DNA of 64,000 nt from Dehalococcoidia bacterium (GTDB taxonomy: Bacteria; Chloroflexota; Dehalococcoidia; Bin125): NCBI GenBank assembly GCA_963555985.3, contig OY820591.1:2048001-2112000 (forward strand), in the 5' to 3' direction. This document shows, piece after piece, positions 18,165 through 31,066 of this stretch. Within the stretch, counting starts at the first letter, position 1. Every line of letters starts with the position of its first letter. The translations under genes and the position numbers were made by a program. The notes beneath the pieces are model-generated. The model was given only the letters and a program-made list of their open reading frames with translations, was not told the origin of the DNA and did not search any database.

Positions 18165-20396
18165 ATGCTCGAAAAGAAGATCGCGGGCTACAGCGACGAG
18201 ATCAGCGTCGCTCCCGGCGAACGCATCCGCTTCATGGTCAGCTGCGAGCCGGGCGTCGATCGCTACCAGGCCGACATCGTCCGCCTCATCTCCGGCGACC
18301 GCCAGCCCGGCGGCCCCGGCTACCGCGATGAACTCTTGCCAACGCCCATCAGCGGCGAGTACCCCGGCCGAACGCAAGAGACCTACTGCGGCTCCTACGC
18401 CATCGTCCCTCACGGCCCCGCCTTTGACGGCCTCAGCGACCTCTCCCTCCAGGCCGCCATCTTTCCCACCCTGCCCAGCCTCCGTCGCGCGTGCCTGATC
18501 TCCAAGATCGACGTCGCCGCCGGTCGCGGCTTCGCCCTCTGGACTGATCCCGCCGACGGCCTCGTCCTGCAACTTGGAGACGGCGCTGGGGGGCTGCAAG
18601 AATTTGCCCTCGGGCAGCCCTTCGTCGCCCGCGAGTGGTACCTGGTCAGCGCCACGTACGACGCCGCCAGCGGCGACGTTCAGCTGCGGCAACAGTTGCT
18701 GGACTCCTACGCCCGGGACACGTCGAGCGGCGAGGCCAGACATGTGAGCGAGGGGGCCGCTGTCGTCGCCTGCGACGCGCCGCTCCTGATCGCGGCCGCC
18801 AGCCGCGAAGAGGCCCGCGGGAAACCGATCGGAGAGATGATCTTCAACGGTCGCATCGAGCGTCCGGTCGTCGCCTCCCGCGTCCTGGAGCGCAGTGAAA
18901 TCGAGGCCCTCCGCACGGGCGCGGTTCCCCTTGACCTGCGCCCCGACATCTGCGCCGCCTGGGACTTCGCCCGCGCGATCGAGACGGACGACATCCTTGA
19001 CATCTCCCCCAACCGCGCCCACGGCGAACTGATCAACCTCCCGATTCGCGCCGTACGCGGCTCCACCTGGACTGGCGAGGAACTGAACTTTAACCACGCG
19101 CCGGATCAGTACGCCGCGATCCACTTCGTCGACGACTCGCTCTACGACTGCGAATGGGACGCCGACTTCGAGCTGGAAGTCCCCGCCGATACGCCGAGCG
19201 GCCTCTACGCCGCCCGCCTTGTGGCCGGCGACCAGGAAGATCACATCACCTTCATCGTGCGCCCGCCCCGCGACCGCGCCACCGCTTCGCTCGCCCTGCT
19301 GATCCCCACGGCCAGCTACATGGCTTACGGCAACTCGCGCGGCACCGTGGAGGCCGGGGGCGAGCTGCACACCAACCGCCTCGCCGAGATCGGGCCGGAG
19401 GACCGCTACCTCAACCGCCACCCCGAGTACGGCAACTCCATGTACGACAACCACAACGACGGCACCGGCGTCTGTTACTCCTCGCGCCTGCGCCCGCTGA
19501 TCAACATCCGTCCGACCCATCATTGGCTCTGGCAGCTGAGCGCCGACATGCACCTCGTCGAATGGCTCGAAGCGCAAGACATCCCCTTCGACGTGATCAC
19601 CGACGAAGACATGCACCAGGACGGCGTCTCACTGCTCGAGCGCTATTCCTGCGTGATGACTTGCAGCCACCCCGAGTACTACTCCACCAACATGTGGGAT
19701 GCGGTTCACGCCTTCACCCAGCGCGGCGGCCGGCTGATGTACATGGGCGGCAACGGCTTCTACTGGCGCGTCGCCTACCGCGACGACAAGCCCGGCGCCA
19801 TGGAGATGCGCCGGACCGAGGACGGCTCCCGCTCCTGGGCCAGTGAGCCGGGCGAGTACTACATGGCCTTCAGCGGCGAGTACGGCGGGCTCTGGTGGCG
19901 TGCCGGACGCACGCCGCAGTCGCTTGTGGGCAATGGCTTCATCGCCCAGGGCTTCGACCACTCCTCCTACTTCCGCCGCACCTCGGACGGCCACGATCCC
20001 CGCGCCGCCTTCATCTTCGAGGGCGTCGAGGGCGAGATCATCGGCGACTTCGGCTTAATCGGCAACGGCGCCGCCGGGCTCGAACTGGACTCCGCCAGCC
20101 GCGCCTACGGAACGCCGCCCCACGCCCTCACCGTCGCCACCTCCGAGCAGCACACCGACGCTTACATCCGTGTCAACGAGGACATCGGTCACATGCTGCT
20201 CGCCATCGGCGGACAGGACGATCCCCAGGTGCACGCCGACGTGGTGTTTTTCGAGACGCCGCGCGGCGGGGCCGTGTTCTCCACCGGCTCCATCGGCTGG
20301 AGTTCCGCCCTCTTCCACAACAATCACGACAACAACATCTCGCGTATCACGCGGAATGTGCTCGACCGATTCTTGGACGCAACCCCGCTCGCATAG
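18165..20396 (+). CDS. N,N-dimethylformamidase large-subunit-like protein
   Basis: GYSDEISV.PG, SYMAYGN, SMYD.H.DG.GV.YSSRLRP, HPEY, YMGGNGFYW, GAVFSTGSI. Confidence 0.88.
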   Translation: MLEKKIAGYSDEISVAPGERIRFMVSCEPGVDRYQADIVRLISGDRQPGGPGYRDELLPTPISGEYPGRTQETYCGSYAIVPHGPAFDGLSDLSLQAAIFPTLPSLRRACLISKIDVAAGRGFALWTDPADGLVLQLGDGAGGLQEFALGQPFVAREWYLVSATYDAASGDVQLRQQLLDSYARDTSSGEARHVSEGAAVVACDAPLLIAAASREEARGKPIGEMIFNGRIERPVVASRVLERSEIEALRTGAVPLDLRPDICAAWDFARAIETDDILDISPNRAHGELINLPIRAVRGSTWTGEELNFNHAPDQYAAIHFVDDSLYDCEWDADFELEVPADTPSGLYAARLVAGDQEDHITFIVRPPRDRATASLALLIPTASYMAYGNSRGTVEAGGELHTNRLAEIGPEDRYLNRHPEYGNSMYDNHNDGTGVCYSSRLRPLINIRPTHHWLWQLSADMHLVEWLEAQDIPFDVITDEDMHQDGVSLLERYSCVMTCSHPEYYSTNMWDAVHAFTQRGGRLMYMGGNGFYWRVAYRDDKPGAMEMRRTEDGSRSWASEPGEYYMAFSGEYGGLWWRAGRTPQSLVGNGFIAQGFDHSSYFRRTSDGHDPRAAFIFEGVEGEIIGDFGLIGNGAAGLELDSASRAYGTPPHALTVATSEQHTDAYIRVNEDIGHMLLAIGGQDDPQVHADVVFFETPRGGAVFSTGSIGWSSALFHNNHDNNISRITRNVLDRFLDATPLA

Positions 20397-20453
20397 CAGA
20401 CTCGCCAAGACCAGGCGATCAGTTGGTCGTTCAGTATCAGATGGTCGTGAAGA

Positions 20454-20529
20454 TGGTGGCCCCAACGGGATTCGAACCCGTGCTACCAGCTTGAAAGGCT
20501 GGCGTCCTAGGCCTCTAGACGATGGGGCC
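20454..20529 (-). tRNA. tRNA-Glu (TTC)
   Basis: GGCCCCATCGTCTAGAGGCCTAGGACGCCAGCCT-TTC-AAGCTGGTAGCACGGGTTCGAATCCCGTTGGGGCCACCA. Confidence 0.97.
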
Positions 20530-20592
20530 CACTGCGACCCAGCCTACACCGCGCGGGCGGGAGCCGGTGTCGCCGCGGCGGCGGGCTGATAC

Positions 20593-21780
20593 TTAGTTGG
20601 CGCTCAATTCCGCCATTGCGGCGGCGAATCCAGGGGCGGCGCCTTCGAGCTCACGCTGTTCAACGCAGTAGGAGATGCGGAAGTAGCCGGGCATTCCGAA
20701 ACCGCGTCCGGGCACGACCAGGACGCCTTGCCGCTGGAGCGCAGCGACCAACTCCATCTCGTCGGCGACCGGCGACTGCGGGAACATGTAGAACGCGCCC
20801 TCCGGCTTGCGCACGCGGTAGCCGGCGCTCGTGAGCACGTCGTAGAGGTAGTCGCGCTTCTGCTGATAGTCGAGGGTGTCAATCGTGACGGTCTGGAGGT
20901 TGCGGACGAGATGCTGCATGATCGCGGGGGCGTTGACGAAGCCGAGCACGCGGTTGCAGAAGATCAGCGCGTCCATCAGCAGGCCGCCGTCTTCGTAGTC
21001 GGGATGCAGGGCGATGTAGCCGATGCGGTCGCCGGGCAAGGCCAGGTCTTTCGCGTGCGAGGTGACGGTGATTGTGCGCTCGTAGGCGAGTTGGGGGAAG
21101 GCGTAGGTGTGCTCGTCGAAGAGGATCTTGCGGTAGGGCTCGTCGCTGACGAGGAAGATTTCGGTGCCGAACTCATCGCTCTTGCGGCGCAGCAACTCCG
21201 CCAGCGATTCGATGAACGAGGCCGGATACATCGCGCCGGAGGGGTTGTTGGGCGAGTTGACGATCACCATCTTGGTGCGCGGCGAGAGCTTGGTCGCCAG
21301 TTCCTCGAGATTGGGGATGAAGTCGCTGTCGCAGCCGACCACGACCGGCCTTGCGCCGTGGTTGGCGGCGTAGAAGAGGTACTCGGCGAAGTAGGGCGTG
21401 AGGATGATGACTTCGTCGTCGCGGTCGCAGAGCGAGTGGACGACGACGTTGAGCGCGGCGGCGGCTCCGACGGTCATGACAACGTGATTTGCGTCGTAGG
21501 CGAGACCGGTCTCGTCGGAGAGCGCGTCGGCGACGGCCTGGCGGGTTTCGACGTAGCCGGCGTTGGGCATGTAGCGGTGCGCGCCGGGCGCGTCGGTCTG
21601 AGCGAAGCGGCGGAGTTCGTCGAAAAACTGCGCGGGCGGTTCGGCGATGGGATTACCGAGCGAGAGATCGAAGACGTTTTCGGCGCCGCGCTCCTGGCGG
21701 AGTTGGATGCCGAGTTCGAACATGCGCCGAATCCAGGAGCTGTCCTCCATCGCCTGCCGAATTTCAGCCGCAATTGCCAT
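20593..21780 (-). CDS. Class I/II PLP-dependent aminotransferase (aspartate aminotransferase-like)
   Basis: Start at MAIAAEI; SSWIRRMFE, NSPNNPSG, SDEPY, SHAKDLALPGDRIGY. Confidence 0.93.
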   Translation of the reverse strand: MAIAAEIRQAMEDSSWIRRMFELGIQLRQERGAENVFDLSLGNPIAEPPAQFFDELRRFAQTDAPGAHRYMPNAGYVETRQAVADALSDETGLAYDANHVVMTVGAAAALNVVVHSLCDRDDEVIILTPYFAEYLFYAANHGARPVVVGCDSDFIPNLEELATKLSPRTKMVIVNSPNNPSGAMYPASFIESLAELLRRKSDEFGTEIFLVSDEPYRKILFDEHTYAFPQLAYERTITVTSHAKDLALPGDRIGYIALHPDYEDGGLLMDALIFCNRVLGFVNAPAIMQHLVRNLQTVTIDTLDYQQKRDYLYDVLTSAGYRVRKPEGAFYMFPQSPVADEMELVAALQRQGVLVVPGRGFGMPGYFRISYCVEQRELEGAAPGFAAAMAELSAN

Positions 21781-21818
21781 CGCCGCGTCCTCCGTCGTTC
21801 GGGTGGGTTTGTCGCAGG

Positions 21819-22250
21819 CTAGCCCAGTTCGGCCTTCAGCAGCCTGCGCGCGAATTCGCCGATCTCGTCGCGGATTCGACGGAATACGGCGGTCAGTTCC
21901 TGCTCGCTCAGATCGGGATCGTTCGGGTCCTCGAACGAGTGATGCAGCGTCCGCCGCGCGCCCGGGAAGACGGGGCAGGTCTCGCGGGCCGCGTCGCAGA
22001 CGGTGAGGACGAGGTCGAATTCGTCGTTGAGGTAGCGGTCGGCGTGGTCGGAGGTGTGGGCGGAGAGGTCGATGCCGACTTCGGACATGACTTGGATAGT
22101 GATGGGATGGACGCCCTTCGGTTGGGTACCGGCGCTGGAGACTGCGGCGCGTCCATCTCCCAGCGCGCGAATCCAACCTTCGGTCATCTGGGAGCGGGCG
22201 CGGTTGCCGGTGCAGATCACGAGCAGGCGGAGCGGGTCGCGAGCGGGCAT
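21819..22250 (-). CDS. arsC: Thioredoxin-coupled arsenate reductase (LMW-PTP fold)
   Basis: CTGNRARSQM P-loop, TVCDAARETCP redox cysteines, FEDP. Confidence 0.88.
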   Translation of the reverse strand: MPARDPLRLLVICTGNRARSQMTEGWIRALGDGRAAVSSAGTQPKGVHPITIQVMSEVGIDLSAHTSDHADRYLNDEFDLVLTVCDAARETCPVFPGARRTLHHSFEDPNDPDLSEQELTAVFRRIRDEIGEFARRLLKAELG

Positions 22251-22371
22251 GAAGAAGCTCGAAGCGCGTAGACGGCGGGGCGAATGGGAGCCTAGCAGGG
22301 CTTGAGCGAGCTCTACGGAGTTGGCTCACCAGATTCGCCAACAGGCATACACTCGCCCAGAGGACGAGTGC

Positions 22372-23799
22372 ATGAGCCAACGGCCTTCGTCGTATCGCAG
22401 GCGGCCGGGCGATGTGATTCTGCGCCGCGCACGGCTTGAGACCGAGGTAGTGCGTGCGCGCACGCCGCGGCGGATCCGCTTCTCGCCCCGGCTTTGGATG
22501 GTTCCGGCGATCTTCGCTGCGATCATGCTCGCGGGCGGCGCATTGCTGCATCTGCCCTTCGCCTCCAGCAGCGGCGAGTCGCTTCCCTTTTTCGACACGC
22601 TCTTCACAGCCGTCTCAGCGGTCTCGGTTACGGGACTCACGCGCTTCGATACGGCCGATTCCTATTCGGGCTGGGGCGAGTTGATCACGCTGGCACTGTT
22701 CCAGATCGGCGGCTTGGGCGTGACGATGTACGCAGGAGTGCTGATTCTCCTGGCGGGACAGCGGCTGGGGATGCGGGGGCGACGGTTCCTGGGGATTGAG
22801 TTGATGGGCGCCGGGACGGAGCGCTCGGGCGCGCCGCAATTGCTGCGACGGGTGATGATCTACACCATCGCGGTCGAGTTCACGACCTTCCTGGCGCTGC
22901 TGCCTTGGTTCCTGCTTGAGCAGCCGGGCGGGGTCGGCCTTGCCCGCGCGACTTGGCTCGCGCTGTACTCCGCCGTCTCCGCCTTCAACAATGCCGGCTT
23001 CGATCTGATGGGCGGCGGCCAAAGTTTCACCGCTCAGGCGCATGACGCCTGGCCGGTGTTGGTGATGGGCGTTTCCGCCTTTCTTGGTTCGCTCTCTTTC
23101 CTCACCGTGTTCGATCTTCGGCGCGGCCGGCGGCGCTGGAGCCTCGATACGAAGATCGTGGGGACGGGGATGGCCATTCTGCTCGTACTTGGGATGGCGC
23201 TCTTTCTCGCGTCGGAGTGGAACGGGCTGCTGGGCGGGCAGAGCGTCGGTTCGCGCGTGGCCAACTCGTTCTTCCTCTCGGTCAACCGCACCACCGGCAT
23301 GACCAGCGTGCCGATCGACGAGGCCAACGAGACCAGTTCGGTGGCGATGCTGATTTTCATGTTCATCGGGGGCGCGTCCACCTCCACCGCTTCGGGGATC
23401 AAGATCGGTTCGTTCATGGTCGTCGCCTTCGGCGTGTTCTCGGCGCTGATTGGACGCCCGCGCGTGATCGCGTTCGGGCGCGAGATTCCGGCTGCGGTCG
23501 TGCTTCGCGCGAACGCGCTGGTCTTCATCGCCTTGGGCGGATACGCCTCCGGGCTCGTGCTGTTCATGGCGGTCGAACAGGACTTGCAAGTGCTCCCGGC
23601 CGCGTTCGATGTGATGTCCGCTCTGGCCAACGTGGGCTGGACGCAGAACATCGCCGCGAGCGCGTCCACGGCCGGCGCGAATATCCTGATCGTGATGATG
23701 TTCGTGGGACGGTTGGGGCCGCTTGTGATTACAGGGCTGATTCCCGATCGTCCGCGCGAGCGCTTCCGCTATCCGACTGCGGCCGTGCGGATCGGCTAA
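22372..23799 (+). CDS. TrkH/KtrB potassium uptake membrane subunit
   Basis: Four pore-loop glycines (SVTGL, NNAGF, RTTGM, NVGW), MFIGG, MFVGRLGP. Confidence 0.9.
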   Translation: MSQRPSSYRRRPGDVILRRARLETEVVRARTPRRIRFSPRLWMVPAIFAAIMLAGGALLHLPFASSSGESLPFFDTLFTAVSAVSVTGLTRFDTADSYSGWGELITLALFQIGGLGVTMYAGVLILLAGQRLGMRGRRFLGIELMGAGTERSGAPQLLRRVMIYTIAVEFTTFLALLPWFLLEQPGGVGLARATWLALYSAVSAFNNAGFDLMGGGQSFTAQAHDAWPVLVMGVSAFLGSLSFLTVFDLRRGRRRWSLDTKIVGTGMAILLVLGMALFLASEWNGLLGGQSVGSRVANSFFLSVNRTTGMTSVPIDEANETSSVAMLIFMFIGGASTSTASGIKIGSFMVVAFGVFSALIGRPRVIAFGREIPAAVVLRANALVFIALGGYASGLVLFMAVEQDLQVLPAAFDVMSALANVGWTQNIAASASTAGANILIVMMFVGRLGPLVITGLIPDRPRERFRYPTAAVRIG

Positions 23800-23832
23800 G
23801 GCGCGGGGATTCGCGGAGAGGAGCTGTGGATC

Positions 23833-24468
23833 ATGCAAGTCGCCGTGCTGGGTCTGGGGCGCTTCGGCGCTCATCTCGCGGAAACGCTGTACGACCAGGG
23901 GCATGACGTGCTCGCGATTGATATGGATGAAGGCAGCGTCAACGATCTCAGCGAGAAGGTGACGGACGCGCGGATCGCCGATATCACCGACCTCGACGCG
24001 CTTGATGCGCTCTCACTGGCGGATGTCGACGTGGCCGTGGTCGCCACTGCCGATCTCGAAGCATCGGTACTGGCGACGATGAATCTGCAACAGCTCAAGG
24101 TAGGCGCGATCTACGCGAAGGCGCGCTCCGACCGTCACGCGCGCATCCTTCAGTTGATTGGCGCCAGTCGCGTGATGCGGCCTGAGCGGGACGGGGCGGA
24201 GCGGTTCGCGCACATGATTCAGGTCGCTGCGGCGATCGACTTTCTGCCGCTCACCTCCGCCTACGGGATCGGGATTTTCGCGCCGCCCGCGCGCTGGATC
24301 GCGCAGCCGCTGGCCCACGCCGTCGCACAGGCCACACCGAGACGATTGCTCGCGCTCGTGCGGGGAGACGAAGTACAGCTCAATCCCGTCCTCGATCAGC
24401 AGCTCCGGGCCGGGGATCAGCTCGTGTTTGCGGCGACTGACCGGGAGTTGGGCGCGCCGCTCGCATAG
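23833..24468 (+). CDS. TrkA/KtrA NAD-binding regulatory subunit
   Basis: GLGRFG Rossmann motif, IGA..V..PE. Confidence 0.9.
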   Translation: MQVAVLGLGRFGAHLAETLYDQGHDVLAIDMDEGSVNDLSEKVTDARIADITDLDALDALSLADVDVAVVATADLEASVLATMNLQQLKVGAIYAKARSDRHARILQLIGASRVMRPERDGAERFAHMIQVAAAIDFLPLTSAYGIGIFAPPARWIAQPLAHAVAQATPRRLLALVRGDEVQLNPVLDQQLRAGDQLVFAATDRELGAPLA

Positions 24469-24528
24469 CGAGTGGCGCGGAGCGGAGACGGCGAAGGCCG
24501 GCTGATCGGCCGGCCCTCGGTTCGCGTC

Positions 24529-24603
<75 letters not shown>

Positions 24604-24705
24604 CCGTCGGGGACAGATATTGGAGAGATGCGCGTGTGCGGTTGACTTGCGATGCTGCTCTGCGCGGTTGGCAGCAGCCGGTTGGCGCTGCGAAGGGCGT
24701 AGAGC

Positions 24706-27687
<2,982 letters not shown>

Positions 27688-27990
27688 TGCGCTACGCCGT
27701 TCGCAGGCGCCGTTTGCAATCGGCTCCCGCAACCGCGCTGTTCCAGCGCAGGATCGCATGTTCAGAACCACACACGCGCCTCACATCGGCCAGCCCAACC
27801 CGGCGGGCGCAAGCGCCGCCGGCCTCGACCCGGCCTCCGCGAGACGTCTCCCGCAGCCCCCCAACAAACGGTCGCAGCCGTCGCGAGGGGTGCTGTGGAC
27901 GCATCTCTCCATCTGTCCCTTGTCAAGGCGCATCCCGAGGTCGGTCGCCCCGCGTCGGCGGGGACGGCTGATCCGGGGGTGCAAGAAGCA

Positions 27991-28020
27991 ATCTTAGCCA
28001 CGCGCGAGCGGGGATGTCAA
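27991..28020 (-). promoter_or_regulatory. Sigma70-type promoter of the 23S-tRNA unit
   Basis: TTGACA (28020-28015) - 18 nt - TAAGAT (27996-27991), followed by a boxA-like GCGCCTTGACAA near 27920-27931. Confidence 0.7.
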
Positions 28021-28067
28021 CAAGGGGTTTACAGAGGAGGCGCGAGATTCGGTGGAAATCGGCTCCC

Positions 28068-28439
28068 TTAGTCCACAACATCCGCCGTCTCCGGCAGGTC
28101 GCCAAGCTCGAGGGCGTCCAGTTCTTCGTCCGACAACTCCGGCACGCGCGAGATCTCCAGCGCGCCGAACTCGTCCTGCGCCAGCGCGAGATCGTGGTCC
28201 ATCTGCATCCCGAGCCAGACTTCCGGGGAACTGCCGAACGCCTTCGCCAACCGCACCGCCCATTCGGCGGTGATTGGAGCGCGCTCGTAGCAGATGTCGG
28301 CGAGCGCGTTGGCTTCCACGCCAAGATGTTCGGCCGCCCTCTCGATCGACATGCCGGTACCCGGCAGACAGAACTCCAGCACTGTGCCGCCTGGATGCGG
28401 GGGATAGCGCAGGGTCATGGCAAGCCTCACCGCCCTCAT
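28068..28439 (-). CDS. higA: HigA-family antitoxin (HTH)
   Basis: PPHPG, ITAEWAVRLAKAFGSSPEVWLGMQ; start may be 28418. Confidence 0.9.
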   Translation of the reverse strand: MRAVRLAMTLRYPPHPGGTVLEFCLPGTGMSIERAAEHLGVEANALADICYERAPITAEWAVRLAKAFGSSPEVWLGMQMDHDLALAQDEFGALEISRVPELSDEELDALELGDLPETADVVD

Positions 28440-28720
28440 CGTCCGTGGTAGTCCACGTAGTCGATGTCGTAGAGGATATCGCCTTCAACGCGGAAGATGA
28501 TCCGCCAGTTCGCGCTCACTCGGATTGACCACCATCCGGCGCGGTCGCCAGACAACTGGTGCAGCCGATAGCCCGACACCCGCAAATCCTCAAGGCGCTT
28601 GGCTCGGCTCATTCGCGCGAGGATTGCGGCAAGCTTCTTCGCGTATCGCGGATCTACGCGGCTGAAGTCACGCTGTTCATGCAGCAACCTGAGCGCCCGC
28701 GAGCGAAACAGCAACTCCAC
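28436..28720 (-). CDS. higB: HigB/RelE-type toxin
   Basis: FRSRAL, YRLHQLSGDRAGWWSIRVSANWRIIFR, DYVDYH. Confidence 0.9.
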   Translation of the reverse strand: MELLFRSRALRLLHEQRDFSRVDPRYAKKLAAILARMSRAKRLEDLRVSGYRLHQLSGDRAGWWSIRVSANWRIIFRVEGDILYDIDYVDYHGR

Positions 28721-28723
28721 CCG

Positions 28724-29563
28724 CTAGAACCGGTCCTGATACGACCTCGCCAGCGACTCCGACGGATCCGCCTGAATCCCCAGCGGCGCGATCGGATAGC
28801 GCAGACCGTTGCGTGAGAGCGCGGCCAGGCCGTCGATCAGCTTGGGCAGATAACGCGGCGGGATCGCCATCAGCAGCTCGTCGTCCTGGACGCCGCCGAA
28901 GCGTCGTTCGGCGAAGCAGGGGATTGAGAGCGACGGCTCGCCCGTGCGCAGCGCCCGGCCCCAGCTATCGGCGCAGGCCGACTCGCCCACCGAGGCGAAC
29001 TCGAACTTCTTGAAGCCCGAGTACTGCAAGCCGTTGATCAGGATGATCATCTGCCCCGGCGTCGCGTAGAGCAGTACCACGTCGGGTGGATCCAGCCGCC
29101 CCGTCGCGATCGGCGAGAGCGCCAGCGCGGCGTAGCGACCGTAGGGCAGGACGTCCATCGCCTGCTGATGCAGGATCGAGTCCTCGTCGGTCTCGAACCA
29201 GACGTTGGTCATCGTCGTGCGCAGCCGCCACTCGCCGTCGTCCTCGTTCGGATGCAGACCGACCGGCGCGCCGCACTGCGCCCCGATCAGGTCGTCCATG
29301 GTCACGCCGAGCGTGAAGTTGAGCCAGCGCGCCTGAGCCACCAACTGATCCAGGGCGTGCTTGAAACGCGGGCGGCGGATGCGCTCAACTTCCTGCATCT
29401 CCTCAATGGTCTCGAACATCTTCATCCCGACCGGCGTCGCGGTCAGGCGCAGATAGCGCTGCAACCCCTCCACGATGGCGGGCCAGTCGTAGCGGTCGGG
29501 TTCGGGCGGGGCGTCGGGGGCGACGCCGACGGCAGCTGCGGTGGTCATGGGGTTCGACTCCAT
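28724..29563 (-). CDS. DUF169-family protein
   Basis: PVGMK, PDVVLLYATPGQM, ESACADSW, IPCFAERRFGGVQDDEL. Confidence 0.8.
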   Translation of the reverse strand: MESNPMTTAAAVGVAPDAPPEPDRYDWPAIVEGLQRYLRLTATPVGMKMFETIEEMQEVERIRRPRFKHALDQLVAQARWLNFTLGVTMDDLIGAQCGAPVGLHPNEDDGEWRLRTTMTNVWFETDEDSILHQQAMDVLPYGRYAALALSPIATGRLDPPDVVLLYATPGQMIILINGLQYSGFKKFEFASVGESACADSWGRALRTGEPSLSIPCFAERRFGGVQDDELLMAIPPRYLPKLIDGLAALSRNGLRYPIAPLGIQADPSESLARSYQDRF

Positions 29564-29649
29564 CTCTGCGCTCCAGCGCTCTGATTGGACTAGATCGCAT
29601 GGTACGAGCTCGCCCGCGCCAACCGCCTGCTATGATCCGCTCAACAGAG

Positions 29650-30939
29650 ATGTCCCAAAAGGAGTCAATTTTGCACAAAATATCCATAACTCTTCCGTCG
29701 CCCTCGATTGTGACAGCGCTCTCGCTGATTGCCGCCTTCGCCGTGGGCATGGTCGCCTACCACTTCGCCTTCTCCGACGCCAACGCCGACTCGCACGACA
29801 GCGCCGCCGAGGTCCGCGTCGCCACCCGCAGCCTCGACGACGGGCGCGTCGAAGTCGCCGTCCAGCAACGCGTCGCCGACGCCGCCTGGGGCGCGCGCCA
29901 ACTACCTGAGGCCCGCTTCCTGCCCGCCGATGTCGAGCCCGGCGTCTGGCGCGTCAGTTCCGGCGTCCCGATCAGCGCTGCCGATGCCGACGGCAGCTCA
30001 TTGCTCTGCATCGTCGCGCACGGCGCAACCGACGACTTCTTCTGGCGAGTGGTCAAGGGTTGGTCCAGACAGGCGTCGATCGACTCGGGGCTCAACGTCC
30101 GATTTCGGCAGTCGCAGGACGGAGCGCAACAGGCATCGCAGATCGAGCAGTGCAGCGCCGACGGCGCATCCGTGATCGCTTCGACCCTTGCGGATCCGGA
30201 TGCAGTGCGGGATGCACTGCTTGCGGCGAAGGCAGCCGGAGCAAGGATCATCACCTTCAACTCAGGCGCGGAATACGCCGCCTCGGTCGGTTCTGAGCTG
30301 CACATCGCACTCGACGACCAGGCCGCAGGCCGTCTGGTCGGAGAAGTCTTCAATAGCAAAGGCATTTCCGGGGCAATCGGCTGCCTGTTGCACGAGGAGA
30401 ACAACGTCGGTCTGATCACTCGGTGCGAGGCCCTGGCCGCAACCTACACGGGCGGCGACGTGATCAACATTCGGTTGCCTGAAGGCGGCGATCCGGCTGC
30501 GATACAGGCGTCAATCGAGGAACGGCTGCTTGACGCCGACAACGCGCCTCTGGTCGCGCTAGTCGGCTTGAACTCCAACACCCTGACTGCGGCGCTGTAT
30601 GCGATCCTGGGAACGGCCGATCAGTTGGAACAGACCGTACAGCTCACAGCCGTCGGCGGCAGTCTCGATGTGACCAAGATTCCGGCCGAGAAGCGAAGCA
30701 GGCATATCTCCTTCCACGTCAGCGCCGCCCCTGAGGCGCAGGGATACTTGGTCACAGCCGCGTTGCAGATGGTCCACAATCACACCACACCTGCCAGATT
30801 CATCGGATCGCCGACGATTCTGCTCGCCGAACCGCGCGTCCTGGACTTGCAGACGGCCCGGGCCGATCCTCGAGCCGCCAAAGACACTCTGGGCCGTTTG
30901 GCGGAGCGAATCGCATTGGGCGACCAATACGACGAGTAG
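29650..30939 (+). CDS. Membrane-anchored sugar-binding-type (Peripla_BP) protein with an extra N-terminal domain
   Basis: TM helix, then VRVATRSLDDGRVEVAVQQR...WRVSS domain, then IVAHG..DDFFW, IITFNSG, D...AG..VG; start uncertain. Confidence 0.7.
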   Translation: MSQKESILHKISITLPSPSIVTALSLIAAFAVGMVAYHFAFSDANADSHDSAAEVRVATRSLDDGRVEVAVQQRVADAAWGARQLPEARFLPADVEPGVWRVSSGVPISAADADGSSLLCIVAHGATDDFFWRVVKGWSRQASIDSGLNVRFRQSQDGAQQASQIEQCSADGASVIASTLADPDAVRDALLAAKAAGARIITFNSGAEYAASVGSELHIALDDQAAGRLVGEVFNSKGISGAIGCLLHEENNVGLITRCEALAATYTGGDVINIRLPEGGDPAAIQASIEERLLDADNAPLVALVGLNSNTLTAALYAILGTADQLEQTVQLTAVGGSLDVTKIPAEKRSRHISFHVSAAPEAQGYLVTAALQMVHNHTTPARFIGSPTILLAEPRVLDLQTARADPRAAKDTLGRLAERIALGDQYDE

Positions 30940-30959
30940 CTCAGGCCTGACCGCAGGCA

Positions 30960-30982
30960 TTCCCAGCTTGCCTGGGAATCTC
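30960..30982. repeat. Degenerate ATTCCC-N-GGGAAT palindrome (REP-like)
   Basis: attcccagcttgcctgggaatct. Confidence 0.45.
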
Positions 30983-31066
30983 GCTCCCCCTGATGGCGGG
31001 GACGGCCGCCCGTGCCTCCCGTTCGCTACCTTGCACCAAACACCGCGCCCAACGAAGGACACCACC

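Noticed and set aside
20454-20529. tRNA-Glu as an integration site
   Set aside because: No duplicated tRNA 3' end or integrase was seen in the window
27780-27897. ~115-nt looped-out leader segment of 5S rRNA size
   Set aside because: Lacks conserved 5S motifs (CCGAAC, GATGGTA/GAGAGTA loop E) on either strand
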